The notes under the pieces: model-generated | Database searches by the model: none | What the model saw: only the letters and a program-made list of their open reading frames with translations | Told to the model about the DNA's origin: nothing | Shown: positions 1 to 12,525 of the stretch, one piece after another | Position numbering within the stretch: the first letter of the stretch is position 1 | Layout: each line of letters opens with the position of its first letter | NCBI GenBank assembly: GCA_951406725.2 | Contig: OX597825.1 | Span: 3,286,001 to 3,350,000, forward strand | DNA: 64,000 nt | Direction: 5' to 3' | Source: Octopus vulgaris | Lineage: Eukaryota | Translations under genes and position numbers: made by a program

Positions 1-110
1 CCTGACCTGAATCCGATCGAGAACTTGTAGTGAGATTGAAAACCTTAGTGATGGCTAAGAAACACATGAACCTGACCCAGACTATGAATAATTTTGAGGA
101 CGACAATATA
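1..110 (+). mobile_element. Tc1-type transposase remnant with probable 3' terminal sequence
   Basis: Bases 1-30 translate PDLNPIENL*, matching the Tc1 SPDLNPIENLW motif with W changed to a stop. It is followed by atgaataattttgaggacgac..ta, which resembles a Tc1 3' terminus; the element is internally deleted. Confidence 0.75.
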
Positions 111-980
111 TTATTCTTTATTAGTGATGACTGCGGTGCACATTGTATTCTTGCTTTCTTTTAATCCTTCCATTGCAACACGATGAACATGTGTCTTTGT
201 GTGTGTGAGATTTTATCAGTTTTTGTGTAGATACACATATAAATCTAGTTACCAAGGGCAATATAAAACGAAAATATGACCTATGGTTGATTCGAGGTGT
301 GGCGCATGTGTAAAACAAAGAACAAGTCGGGTTCCAAATTTGTTACACCTGCATATTATTGATATATTATTAGGTCACATCATGTCAATAACTCACTGTC
401 CTCAGGTAGATTTTAAACACGTACAAACTAGTATATTGAAATCATAAGATTACTTTTTCATCAACTGATGAACAAGAGACATTTGAAAAGGAAAAATCGA
501 TATATATGGTGGAAGTGGATAAATGAGCGCCTACTCTTAGAGAAACTAGGTCAAAGCAATCTTATCTTTCAAGTTGTCATCTTAATTAGTTTATAGTCCT
601 GAACCGGTGAGAAGAGCCAGCAGGGAGCAGGCATGATCGTTTAAAATACAGTTAAGAACGTTGCTGAGATAAAACCTCGGAATTTAGGGTAAAGTAACAT
701 GAACTATTGCCATATATTCAACATTGAAACAGCCATATCCCCTAGACATATTCGTAAGTTGATACTTTTACATGAGTACACACGCACATATAAATATAAA
801 CATCCACATACATTCATATACTCATACACTTATGTATAGAGATATATCGACAGCCATACATAGACGTTTATGAAAGTATAGACGTATACACATGCAAAAA
901 TGCATATACGTATTGTTCATATATGCACAAGGATATACACGCACATACATTAACTCAATCATATATAAGGATATATAAAA

Positions 981-1160
<180 letters not shown>

Positions 1161-1164
1161 ATAT

Positions 1165-1958
1165 AATAACAGAAAGGCTATATATACAACGTATAGAAGG
1201 TGGTAGAGGCTTATACAGCAGGAAAACTATTATAAAATAATCACCATAGGACTGCAAAAATACCTACTTCAGAAGCGATGAAAACTAATACAAATAGCCA
1301 CAAAACACGAGCAAAACAAAAATCTGTTTTCAGTATTTAAGGAAGCTGCCAAATACAAACAAGAAAGCATACTACTTAATAAATATAAAGAAGAAGAAAC
1401 AACAAAAGCTATAAAACAAATGAAATCCAAACTAAAACTAGGACAGAAACGGACCATGATAAAACGATGGCAAGAAAAACCCTTTCATGGCAAAAGCTGT
1501 GCTAAACTAAACGCAAAAGAAATAGACAAAGAAAGATCCCAGCAATGGTTGAGAAGCTCAGAACTCAAAGGAGAGACAGATGGATTCTTAATTGCAGCGC
1601 AAGACCAAAGCCTCCCCACCAGAAATTACCAAAAACATGTAATGGAAAGAAATATAACAAGTAACTGCAGAATATGTGGAGATGGACAAAAAACAATAAG
1701 TCATTGGAATATATTCACAGACACGACAGAGTTGGGACCTACATACACTGAAAGCTATGCCAACATTATGGAATAACACCAGAATAAAAATGGTACAAGC
1801 ACACGCTAGAAAAAGGGCACAGGAAACGAGAAAGCAACCATACTCTGGGATATGCCAATACACACAAATAGAGAAATTAAGGCCAATAGGCCAGATATAG
1901 CTGACTAACATCAAGAAGAAAAAAATGATTTCTAATTGATGTACAAATACCAGTAGCC
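1165..1958 (+). mobile_element. R4/Dong-like RLE non-LTR retrotransposon, degenerate C-terminal fragment A
   Basis: Frameshifted translations give ERLYIQRIEGGRGL, WQEKPFHGK, QWLRSSELKGETDGFLIAAQDQSLPTRNY, the zinc knuckle CRICGDGQKTISH...RHDRVG, and ILWDMPIHTNREIKANRPDI (restriction-like endonuclease PD motif). Confidence 0.9.
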
Positions 1959-1959
1959 A

Positions 1960-2460
1960 GGCTTGTCCATAGGACACTTTGCTACAAGTATGGGCTTGAC
2001 AGAACAAAAAATTGATACAACAACAAACCTGAAGACATTGTCGAAAATAGAAATGCCATGTGATTTTATGATTCAGTGCGATCATGAGATAGAGAATAGG
2101 AAGCCGGACATAGTCTTTATGAGAAAGAAACAAACTATATTGGATCATAGACATGACATGACAAGCTGACAACATGGTATGCGATAAAGAAAGAGAGAAA
2201 AGTCGAAAAATATGACAAGTTAGCTTGGAAAGTTAATCAGTTGTGGTTGATGAAAAAGGTAGCAGTAGTACCAATAATTATCGGAGCCTGGGAACAGTGA
2301 GCAAAAATCTCGAAAAGAGCAGTGCTTGGAACCGCTCGAATACTCCGGTTGGTGCTCGAAAAATAAGAGGCGTTACCTTAGTTCAATGGTAATGAACACC
2401 TGACACTGTAATACATCTATAGCGTTAGAAGCCGTGCAAAAGTGATGATGATGCTAATGA
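1960..2460 (+). mobile_element. R4/Dong-like RLE non-LTR retrotransposon, 3' fragment B with 3' UTR and (TGA)n tail
   Basis: DFMIQCDHEIENRKPDIV, KVEKYDKLAWKVNQLW, VAVVPIIIGA and RAVLGTARILRLVLEK* (stop at about 2364-2366), then a short UTR and tgatgatgatg. Confidence 0.85.
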
Positions 2461-3901
2461 AGGAAGTTTAAAGCAACAAACTGTGTGAGTGTGAGTGTCA
2501 CAGACAGTAAAGCAGGCGAACAGCATTCAAAAGCTTTCCTCTCAAGATGCTACTTCGCTAATCAAAATAAAACCACAATTTTTTTATGGTAAATTGTGTT
2601 TAGCTTATTAGTTATACACTGACCTACATTTGAAACACATAAATATTAAAAGTATTCACATCTCTTTTATAATGCACTGCGACTAGAGTTCCCTTGTGGA
2701 GCGAGCTCGTACATCTCAACAGTTCTCTGCGCGCAAGTCAGTTACATCTCCCCATCATGACTCGTGTTAGTGGTCGTCGTTAATATTCTTTGCTGTGCAG
2801 TTAGCTTCAAAGCTATTGCTGCCCTTCTTCAAATTATTCATGTAATTAAGCCCATTGACCTTGGAAATGGTAACAACTCTAGAAACAAACAGTGTAGAAC
2901 GTGGGGCAAACTGCGGGATGTTGTTATCAAGAACTCTGTAATAGTTTGCAATTGGAGATATTCGAACATTCCGATTTCATTCACTGATTAGGTTTTGCAT
3001 GCTAATGATGGATATTGCATTCATTTTCATATAAATTGAAAATAAAATGCTATCACAAAACATAGAATGCTGAACTTTTAATTAGGCTAATTGTTAGGAT
3101 CAGGGATATTAGTTAAGGCCGAAAGTACAATCTCTTTCCGAACTTGCTTAAGTGTATAGCGCGAGTCCATAGTCTTTCACTTATTTTGTTGTTTTCATTT
3201 TAGAATAAGTTGTTTTTAATTATATTTTACCTTCCATACACAAGTGTAATATAATAGTTTTCAATTTTGTAGTACATTTCTTCAGCTATGTATGTATTTC
3301 GTAATTACATTATTTTTGTCTTCTTGACTTATTTCTCAAAAACAAAATATCTTTCACTGTTTTGTTATTCTTCCATGTTTTATCGTCAGTGCATGGAAGT
3401 TGTAACTTTCGTTATCTCAGTGATGCTTGCTTTCGTTTGTTCGAATTAAAAAATGTGCGACAGGTATTTCATTCCGCCTTTCCTATGCACAGCTACATGA
3501 CTGTAGAACATTCGAAAAATTCGGAGAATGCGATAAACGAAAGGAGTTCCAACTGAACTCCGCTGTTTATTCATTTGAATTAAAGAAAATGCGAAACTTT
3601 TAAGCACTGCAATTTCAAAGAACTTCGTGAGATAAAAAAAAACTACTCTCAAATTCATTACAAATCTCGCATTTTTACATTTACCTCGTTAACAATTAAC
3701 ACGGAAAAAATAAATAAATAGTTACCAGGGTAGCAAAAATCTCACAAGTAAGGATGTTGTAACTCCTTGTTTATAAAGGTAGAAAATTTGTGTTTACGTT
3801 GAATATTTTGAATAATATATGAATAGTATCAGTGGAATTTTCGAAACATGTGTCGAAAGTAAAAATATTTTATTACACCTACGTTAAACTCCATTTATTT
3901 A

Positions 3902-3904
<3 letters not shown>

Positions 3905-3975
<71 letters not shown>

Positions 3976-4000
3976 CGTGTATGTGTGTGTGTGTGCGTGT
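3905..4000. repeat. (TA)n(TG)n compound microsatellite
   Basis: Direct reading. Confidence 0.97.
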
Positions 4001-7000
4001 ATAGACGCTTACATATTTACCAGTAAATATATATGTATATATCTATATCTATCAATATATATCTACACACACACGCACGCGAACACACACACATAACGAA
4101 TACATGCATATCCCAATAAACATGCGCGTGTGAGTGTGTGCGTGTGCACGTGCATGTATGTTTCTATGAACTTTTGTTTGTTTCAATATTGAAGTAGCAA
4201 GAAAGATATGTTCGTGATTTCAATCTCGCTATTAAAAATGAAATTGAATTAAAATTGCTTTTAATGTATTTGATATAATTTTGTGTAAATAATCTCGCTG
4301 ATCACTTGTAAACTGTGGTTTTGTGTTGATATGACTCTTATCTAATATTTAATTATATATTCAGCTAATATAAATTGCATATTTATCTTGTAGTAAATCA
4401 ATTATTTAGTAATATTTAAATAGCAAATTTTTACTGAGATAAATGTGAATTGTTTAAAACAAATTTTTATAATATTACTCTCATTCTGATGGTTACATCT
4501 GCTTTCCAGTTTTTAAAGTTTAAATAATTTCTTTATGCAAAATATTTAAAGTGTTAAATATGAATTTCGTAAGGCAAAGTAAACATTTCCTCATATTTTC
4601 CCAAGCATAAAATTATTCTAATACGTTGCTTACAGGTAAACTTAATTTCATTAACGTAAATAATATTTTAGTGCTTGTTTCGAACTCTGTCAATGGGTAA
4701 CATCTCAAGAATTCCGGCAGTAGTTCTTGTTGCTCTTTATGCATACACGAACGCAGGTCGTATGCAAATGCGAGAGGAAGTCATTCTGGTTTCAGTGTTT
4801 CGTCCCTCCATTTGACGTAATCACTAAGTATTGATAGTAGTTAATTAACATTTAATAGATATTTATGTAATTAGTGTTTTCAGGGATATCCGTTTATTAT
4901 TTCTACCTGGTCAAATCACGTACACCACAATATATACCTTTTCTTTGTATGCATATGTTTTTAAAGTTTATAATATTCCTAGTAGAGAAACCTGTGTCAT
5001 TAAATTGTGTCATACAAATTTTAAATCCGGAATCATATTCGGTTTTTACTCAGGGTACGATTATCGGTATACACTATGTCTCGTCGTGTTGACAATGTTT
5101 GTTTTAATTTGCGTTACAACCGATTTATTCTGTGAGATGTTAAATTAGTATTTATTCTCGTGATTAGTACATTTGATGAGAAAGCTTTATTGTATATAAT
5201 GGTCGTGATTGTTTACTCGAATGTTATTTCAAAATAAATATTTAACCTTAATTAAAACTGTGATCGAGCTATCTTTTTTCGGTCAAAGTGTTTCCATGAC
5301 TACATCATTTAGTGAGAGCCAATTGATATTTGCGCGTCACGTTTCGTGAGATGAGCAATTTTATTGGTTCTACATTACGCATCTTAATAACAACATTTAA
5401 ACCTTCATTGCGATCACTGAATCTTTTACGTATGCGTGTATATTAAACGTTTACAGAAGCGAATAATACAGTAGAAACCATTTTTTAATCTGATTAATCT
5501 GTGACTGGGCAGTTGCCTGTCATGTCTGCTGGCTTTCTGTTATTTACGTAGAGTTGCATTACAGTGTCTTTGGCTATGGATGACCAGGCGCAGTTACGCA
5601 TGGTCACACTCCCACTTCAGGATGCTTTGAATAAGGAATTCACAAACTTATATACACTTGTATATACAGAGATACTAGGTTTCTTATTTACCGTCATAGG
5701 GTAAAGCACAGCTAGACACTTTTTGAGAATGATCTTAAAATATACTTACAGTATATGGATTTAAAGACTCTCTGTTGAAACGAAACATTTTCTGTCCACT
5801 TTCCTAGATGTAACCTTAGAACCATATTCTAGCAGTTCTAGATCTTAATCCACACATTATAAAATATTAATTCCGAACTCCTTTTCCATCCGAGTAATAT
5901 TTCTTCGTATGAAAACGAAGCGGAAATTTTAATTGTCACTGCATAAAATGTTTTGTTATAGTTTCACATTACCGCAACAATGCCCATAAGGGTAGAACGT
6001 TCTGAAAAGAAACCAGTAACTTCTTCCAGGTCAAGCTAGTAAAGAGTCTTGTGTTTCAAATCAATATTTTGCATAAATTTCAAATCAAGACAGCTGGGTA
6101 ACTCTTAAACACCAGGGTGTAGTTATGGCAGGATATTCAATTGAAGTACACTGAAGTGTAACTGTTACTTTGAAAGCAAACTCGTAATGTGTGGGATTCC
6201 CGATGTGAAACAGCATACTAAAATCAATACAACAAAGCAATGTTCCAAAAAGTTATTCTCCTGATTTAAAAATTAGCTACTTCATGTCATTTTCTTAACC
6301 AAATAACTGTGTACAGAAGTAAACTACAAATTAATAGCAACCTACCATCTCAAATTTACTTTGAAACAACAAAATACAGCTTCAGGTCGAAATTTTACTT
6401 GCGCAACCATTGATTTCAATAACCGGTATAGAAGACCATAACAACATTTTCAAATAATTGTAGGTATTCAAAATCTCCTAGTTTGTAATTTCTTAACTCC
6501 GCTGGCTTATTTTATAAAAGACAACTCATTTTAAGCATGGCTCCAGCTGCAATTCCAATAGAAACTTGTTATTTTTCGGTGCTAAATGTATTTATATGTT
6601 TCTTGAAGAATGTGCTCTAAAACGAAATCTGAACTGAATTATTTCAGGCATTCTTCAAAGACTTTAAACCTGTTGTGAAGATAAATTTGTGCTTATATTT
6701 ACTGCATCATCATATTACCGTATCTTGTTAATTAATTACAGAAGTCATCAATATAGCTACTGAAATAATGATTTATCATATTTAATCATCAAGTGCTATG
6801 TTTATCTAAGGTTATTCCATATATTGAATATGTTACAAGCAGAAATTTACATTCATGTTCGACCAGGTCGGTAATCCGAATTTCTAAGGGCTATTTTCTT
6901 CTGCAACCTACTTTATAATCCTACAAGTGACAATTTGAATATCACTGTGCTAGGTTTAACCAAAACTAGAGATTCCATCGATGTATGATATTTCATACCA

Positions 7001-10000
7001 CCTTCGTATATTGATATTTTTGGTAGATTTTTAATGATATTTGCAATATTCCAATTGTACTTGCATGGTAATGTACTGGAGAATTAATGCCGATTAAATT
7101 ACGTGAATGCATTTTGTTGTGATCTTAGGTAATGCAACATTGAATTCCTCTGACATTACATTCAGTATTTGTCCCATCGGGTCTGCCAGTAAAACCGTCG
7201 ATCACATATCAGGATGTATCCGACATCATAGTCAATATTTCTCCTAAACTAGTTTCTGTTTTCTGTACACATGATTCTTATTTAACCTACATAATATGGC
7301 AGTGTGTGTGACAACCGAATATTTAAAACTGTTTAACAAGTATAAAATGCCACTAAACTTTATACATTTAATAGGTAATTGTTCAGATGATAAAATGAAA
7401 ACGTGCATTTTGCATCACAAAAATATACCGAAAAACGGATATAATGCATACCCTAATATATATAAAACTTCAGATTTAATTGCCTGTTGGAATTTCTGGC
7501 ACGTTCAATTTCTGGCACGGTATAAGTCAGTACATTGACATTATGTTGTCTTAATCTAAATTCACTATTGGAATAAGGATTACATCTAACTTTACTAGGT
7601 ATGAAAATACCCCTACCCCTGCCAAAAAGAAAACATGCTATATCTGTAAATAATTGTAAATTACGTTAGCGTATCTTTTAAAATTTCAATGCTTTTGATC
7701 AAGAATGTATTTGAATTTGAGTCGAGATATTTGAAAATAAAAATTGGGTTATTTTATTACATCCAATATGGAATTATAATGACTTTGATGACATATTTAA
7801 GATATTAGTTATTTGGACTACATTAACATGAAGGAAAGAAAATAGTATAAAAGGAACCGAAAATGCTAAGTTGTAGTTTCCGCGGGAAGAAAAATCTGAT
7901 TTATATTTTAGCTTTACGTAATGATTTTATGTTACATATGTAATTAGTATTATTAGATAAACTCATATTAAAGCAGCACTTTATCGTATATGTAAAACTG
8001 TATAATCAGCTAAACCTATATGATATATAAAGCATAGGATTATTTTCCTGAAATCATTTCAGTCACAACTCATGTTTCGTGACAGGGTAATTATATAACA
8101 TAGATGTTTCCATTCTACACAGAACATACGCTAGTTTAATCTCACAGACAAAATAATCAAAGGACACTCGAATGATATAAATGCAGACAGGAATTATTCC
8201 AGTCGATTCCAGTGAACAGTGAGGAGATTAATTAAACCACCGTATGGCTTACATTATAATCAGCACAATGTGCAGTATATTGTTTGCTGCAGATCGTTAT
8301 ATTGTATATGTTCAACGTCAAATTGTCCATTGGTGAAGAGTTCGGGAGCTTGAGATTATACAATCTCAACTGCAGATAAGATTTCCTGTAATTTAATGCA
8401 TTGTTAGAAGAAATATCTTGCTTTCATTTGTGACAAAACCATATAAAAGCCATTGAAATAATGTTACTTTGCTGTGCTTGCTTTTAATAATGAAATAAAT
8501 TCAGTTTTACGATAACATACCTGATGTAAATTACGAACAGAATTAAGTATTTCTGCAAACATCTGACTAACAATAAAATCACTTTGATAGTAAGACTCAC
8601 GGAAAACATAATTTATTAATTTGGCTCATAACAACCTGTAAAGTTGATGTGATACACTATGAACTGTACAAGCATAACTAAGGATTTTCTAGTATTATTG
8701 AGCTGTACTCCTAAGAAACTTCCATACTAGACATGACCTGACTTGCTGAATATTAAGCGGTTAATGTAAACAATTCATTGAGCTCTGAAACTCAGGGCTC
8801 CAATAAATGTATAATAGGAGCAATAATGAAATTCATTTGAGGACTACGTAAAGGGAAAATAACGGAGGAAACTGGTTGGGTTTATTTAGTGTTGTTCAGT
8901 AACTGTGCTATGATTTGTATCTCCAGTATGGTGATTTGAGTGATGTCATGATATAAAATATCCTCGCATCATGTTACTACCTGATATAGATGCAAGTTTA
9001 TTCCTATCTGGTTAAATACATTGATTTTCTAACTCCGTGCACTTTTTCCTTCATTGCTTTAAATATTTTAAAGTATAAAATATTTTAGAATCGTTTTCCT
9101 TCGTACCAACATAAATGCTTGAACAGTTTTAGTGAAAAGAGAACAAGTATCCGTAGCTCATCGCATAATTCCTTACACTGCCATGAAGAATTATGAAACT
9201 ATCTTCGAATATTTGCAACAGGGAAATCCGTTGAAGACAAACAAGTATCCCGATGGAGTATCATCGTCGTCCTTATGGCCTTTAAGATTATTTTATACAT
9301 AGCTTTATTTTTACATAAGGTCTTCCTAACATTTTTATTTTATTATTTCGTGAATGTCGATCTTTAATATCCTGAGGCATAACGGCTGTATTTAAGGAAT
9401 TTCAAGTACACCGTGGGTGACCAAATATACGAGTACATCTTTCCAGCAACAAACTAGTTTATATCACGTACATCATAGTCAATATTTTTTTTTTTAAGTA
9501 TTATTGTAGTGAGGGAGACCTGTCGTTAATTTTAACATGGTGAACCCACATGGAACCGTTCTCGGGGTTACTTTCATACCCAGCGTGTCATTCGTAATGC
9601 ATATCTGACGACTGAGTATACGTGTGTTATTAAGTTGAATGAAATATTTGATTTCAAGTTCATTGTATTGGTATGAATGTATAAGCATATTCAATATTGC
9701 AAAACTATGCGACACTTGCTCTTTTTAAATTTCCAAGTGGCAAAAACACTTATTAAACATGATTTACGATCATAAACTTCATGGAGGTAATTAAGATAAT
9801 TTACAGCCTATGAGGATTGTGCAACGCTACATGATACTCAGTAACTGAAAAGACTGCGCTAGCGATTCAATGGGAGTTGGCGAGTAAAGATTATCAGTGA
9901 GTTCTCAATTTTACTTGACTATTTAAAATTGACCAGAAGTGTATGTTCCCTTGGATTATTCATCCATATAAGATTTAGTATTTTTCAAATATTCTAGCCG

Positions 10001-11742
10001 GAAACATAACAACTGAATGTTTAACATAATTGTTGAATAAAAATAAATAATCTGCGTCAGTTGTTCTTTGTCGTTATATGAAACCACCATATATCTCTTG
10101 GGGAAAAATATGCAAATAACGACAGTTTAGCATTTTTTGTTGTAATACTTTAATCCCGGGATATATATCTGGCTGCTGAAATAATACTTGTATAAATAAA
10201 TACTGATTTAAACAGTGAAGTGACCTAACATTTGAAACTATAACTCTACAAAGGCATTCATTGATTTCTACATGAGACAAAATATCCATAAAGTATTCAT
10301 TGAGGAATGAGAAAAATACAAAACTTTATGTTATCATGGTATTACTAAATCTCCTTTTGATCTTTTGTACTTTTGACACAGCAAATGTCACTGAATATAT
10401 TTCTTTCATGAAATAATTTTCATATTATATAACTTCTAATCTCTGCAAGAGTTCAAGATGAAAGGAAAAGAAGTAAAGAGGAAAGTTGTGTCTTTGTTAG
10501 TTAACAATATTGATGAAATAAATGTGCGAACACATTATCAAGAAATATTTGTCTGTCTGATTTAGAATATTAAATATGAAAGTTAAAGTAAGAACATTAA
10601 TTTAATATTAAACAACGGCAACGTTAATGTTCGAATATAATTGGTGCTCATTGATTGTAAACAATTAATATCAAGTGAATTCTTTTAAAGATTTTGATTA
10701 TATGTAAAATATTAGAATTATTATTAATCTACATATAATTATCAATCACATTTGACTATTCAAATTCCTCAAAATTATGCAATAAGATTATATATATTTT
10801 GTCATTTCTAAGATTCCTTACAAAGTGAAAATGCATTACTATGTTGTTCCATATGTTCTACGGCTATTATCTAGGGGACCCTGAATAAATTATTTTATTT
10901 CTTAGAAGATATATTTGAAATGTTTTAGAAGAGTTATTATATAACAATAGATTCCCAAATTATTCCGACTTATTTCAGCACATTCATTAAATGTTGCTGT
11001 TGTAGCATTTCTGCACCAGTTTCTTTCAGGAAATATTTCTCTACAAAAAGAAAAAGTATTAGAAATTGAAATAGAGCAAAATAAAATAAACAAGCAAAAC
11101 ACCCGTAATTTTAATTTCGTAACAAAATAAATTAATAGTATTTTCTCTCCTACAGTAAAATATATAATTATGTTACCAACATGTCTAATCAATTTAACCT
11201 AACTTCTCGTTTTTATTCAACGTATACAGAAGAAAATGATCGGTTAAGAATAATTTGCTTAATTTTTTTTTTGTCTATTCGTGATGGTGAGAAGTATTAC
11301 CATTTTCAGAAAATTACAAAATTTTGCGAATATCTTAGATTGATATTTGATGAAAAATAAGTTTTTACACTAACGAGGTTTTCTTTCTGAGCTGTTTTAC
11401 CCTACCAACTAATATTGATATGACAAATGAAGAAAATTTTTTTGCTAAGTTTTCCACATTTATAAATTTTTGACGAGATTAATCCCAGGAAGCTTGGCAG
11501 AGAATATTGGCAGTTCTGCGATAGTGATGATTTATATATTTAAATTCATTTAATAGACACCATCATTGCACAACTGCCCTCTCAACTTAGGATTTGTCTT
11601 CAAGATTTTAATATATCTATGTGATACTATTTGATAGTTATTCTATCAGCCTAATACTGGAGAAATTCAGACACAACACGGGAAAATATGCCTGTAATCC
11701 ATAAATACAACCACGGATGTGGGTACATTACTTATATATACA

Positions 11743-12525
11743 TATAAGGTTGGTTTGAAAATTTCATTGGTTGTCTATAAAGGAATGACGTTAGAGCTGT
11801 GAAATTTTGAATGCATCATTTTCAATCCATCTTGTTATAATCTTCAATGTTTCGTTCTGATTAAACTGACAACTGACCATTCAAAGAAGACTTCAAATGT
11901 AACTGATAGAACATTTCTGTTTAGATCCCAAGAATGTTCATGCTAATATGATTGGTACATTAGACGTATATGCCTTAGCTTTATCAATACTGCATATGTG
12001 GGCAGCTGAAGTTAGGAGGGAAACGAATATTGCTGAAGATGACCCAAGGCAGCAGCTATGACTGGCGTAAACATTGATCGTGTTCAGTACGGATGACATG
12101 CGATTGACTGTAAATCAAATAGTTATAGCATATCCCATGAGAGAGTAGAATGAATTTTTCAAGCCAAAAATCTCTACTCGATGGTTGCCCCATCTTATTC
12201 CTGGTCGGAAGCGCATCAGGCTGACAGCATTGCTGGAAAGATCTACCACTGGTGGAATCAAATGCTTCTGATTTACTAGAACGTTTCATAACACAAGACA
12301 AGTGTTAGCTTCATCACTTTGAGAGAGAGAATAAAAGACATTGCAGTGGAAACACTTCTCCTCACTTGCTTCATGGAAATCCAAGGTAGTTTCCTCAACA
12401 AAGCACGTTATTTCCTCGGCCGGATTCAATAGGTATTGTACTAATTGATTCTCTTCTAAAGGGCCACGCCATCAATGGAGGGTATCGTTCCAGCATGATG
12501 AGGTAGTGACGAAAGGCTACCAAGA
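11743..12525 (+). mobile_element. mariner transposon remnant (5' TIR plus degenerate transposase)
   Basis: TA followed by taaggttggtttgaaaatttc resembles a mariner TIR. Frameshifted peptides EDDPR, LLERFITQDKC*LHHFE, QWKH and GIVLIDSLLKGHAINGGY match the mariner ITGDETWVHHFEPE...QW...GIVFIDYLEKGKTINGEYY region. Confidence 0.85.

Noticed and set aside
464-490. ctgatga...gaaa as a hammerhead (likewise near 40232 and 45877)
   Set aside because: No supporting stems or cleavage triplet.
1588-2175. 195-aa minus-strand ORF
   Set aside because: It is antisense to the R4-like remnant.
2764-2991. Stop-free stretches on both strands in a GC-richer patch
   Set aside because: No recognisable motif or splice context. 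It may be an old transposon, but I cannot support a call.
3400-3900. Possible retroelement end abutting the TA tract, and a minus-strand donor-like AGGTAA
   Set aside because: Only a vague resemblance from memory; no second copy or peptide motif in the window.
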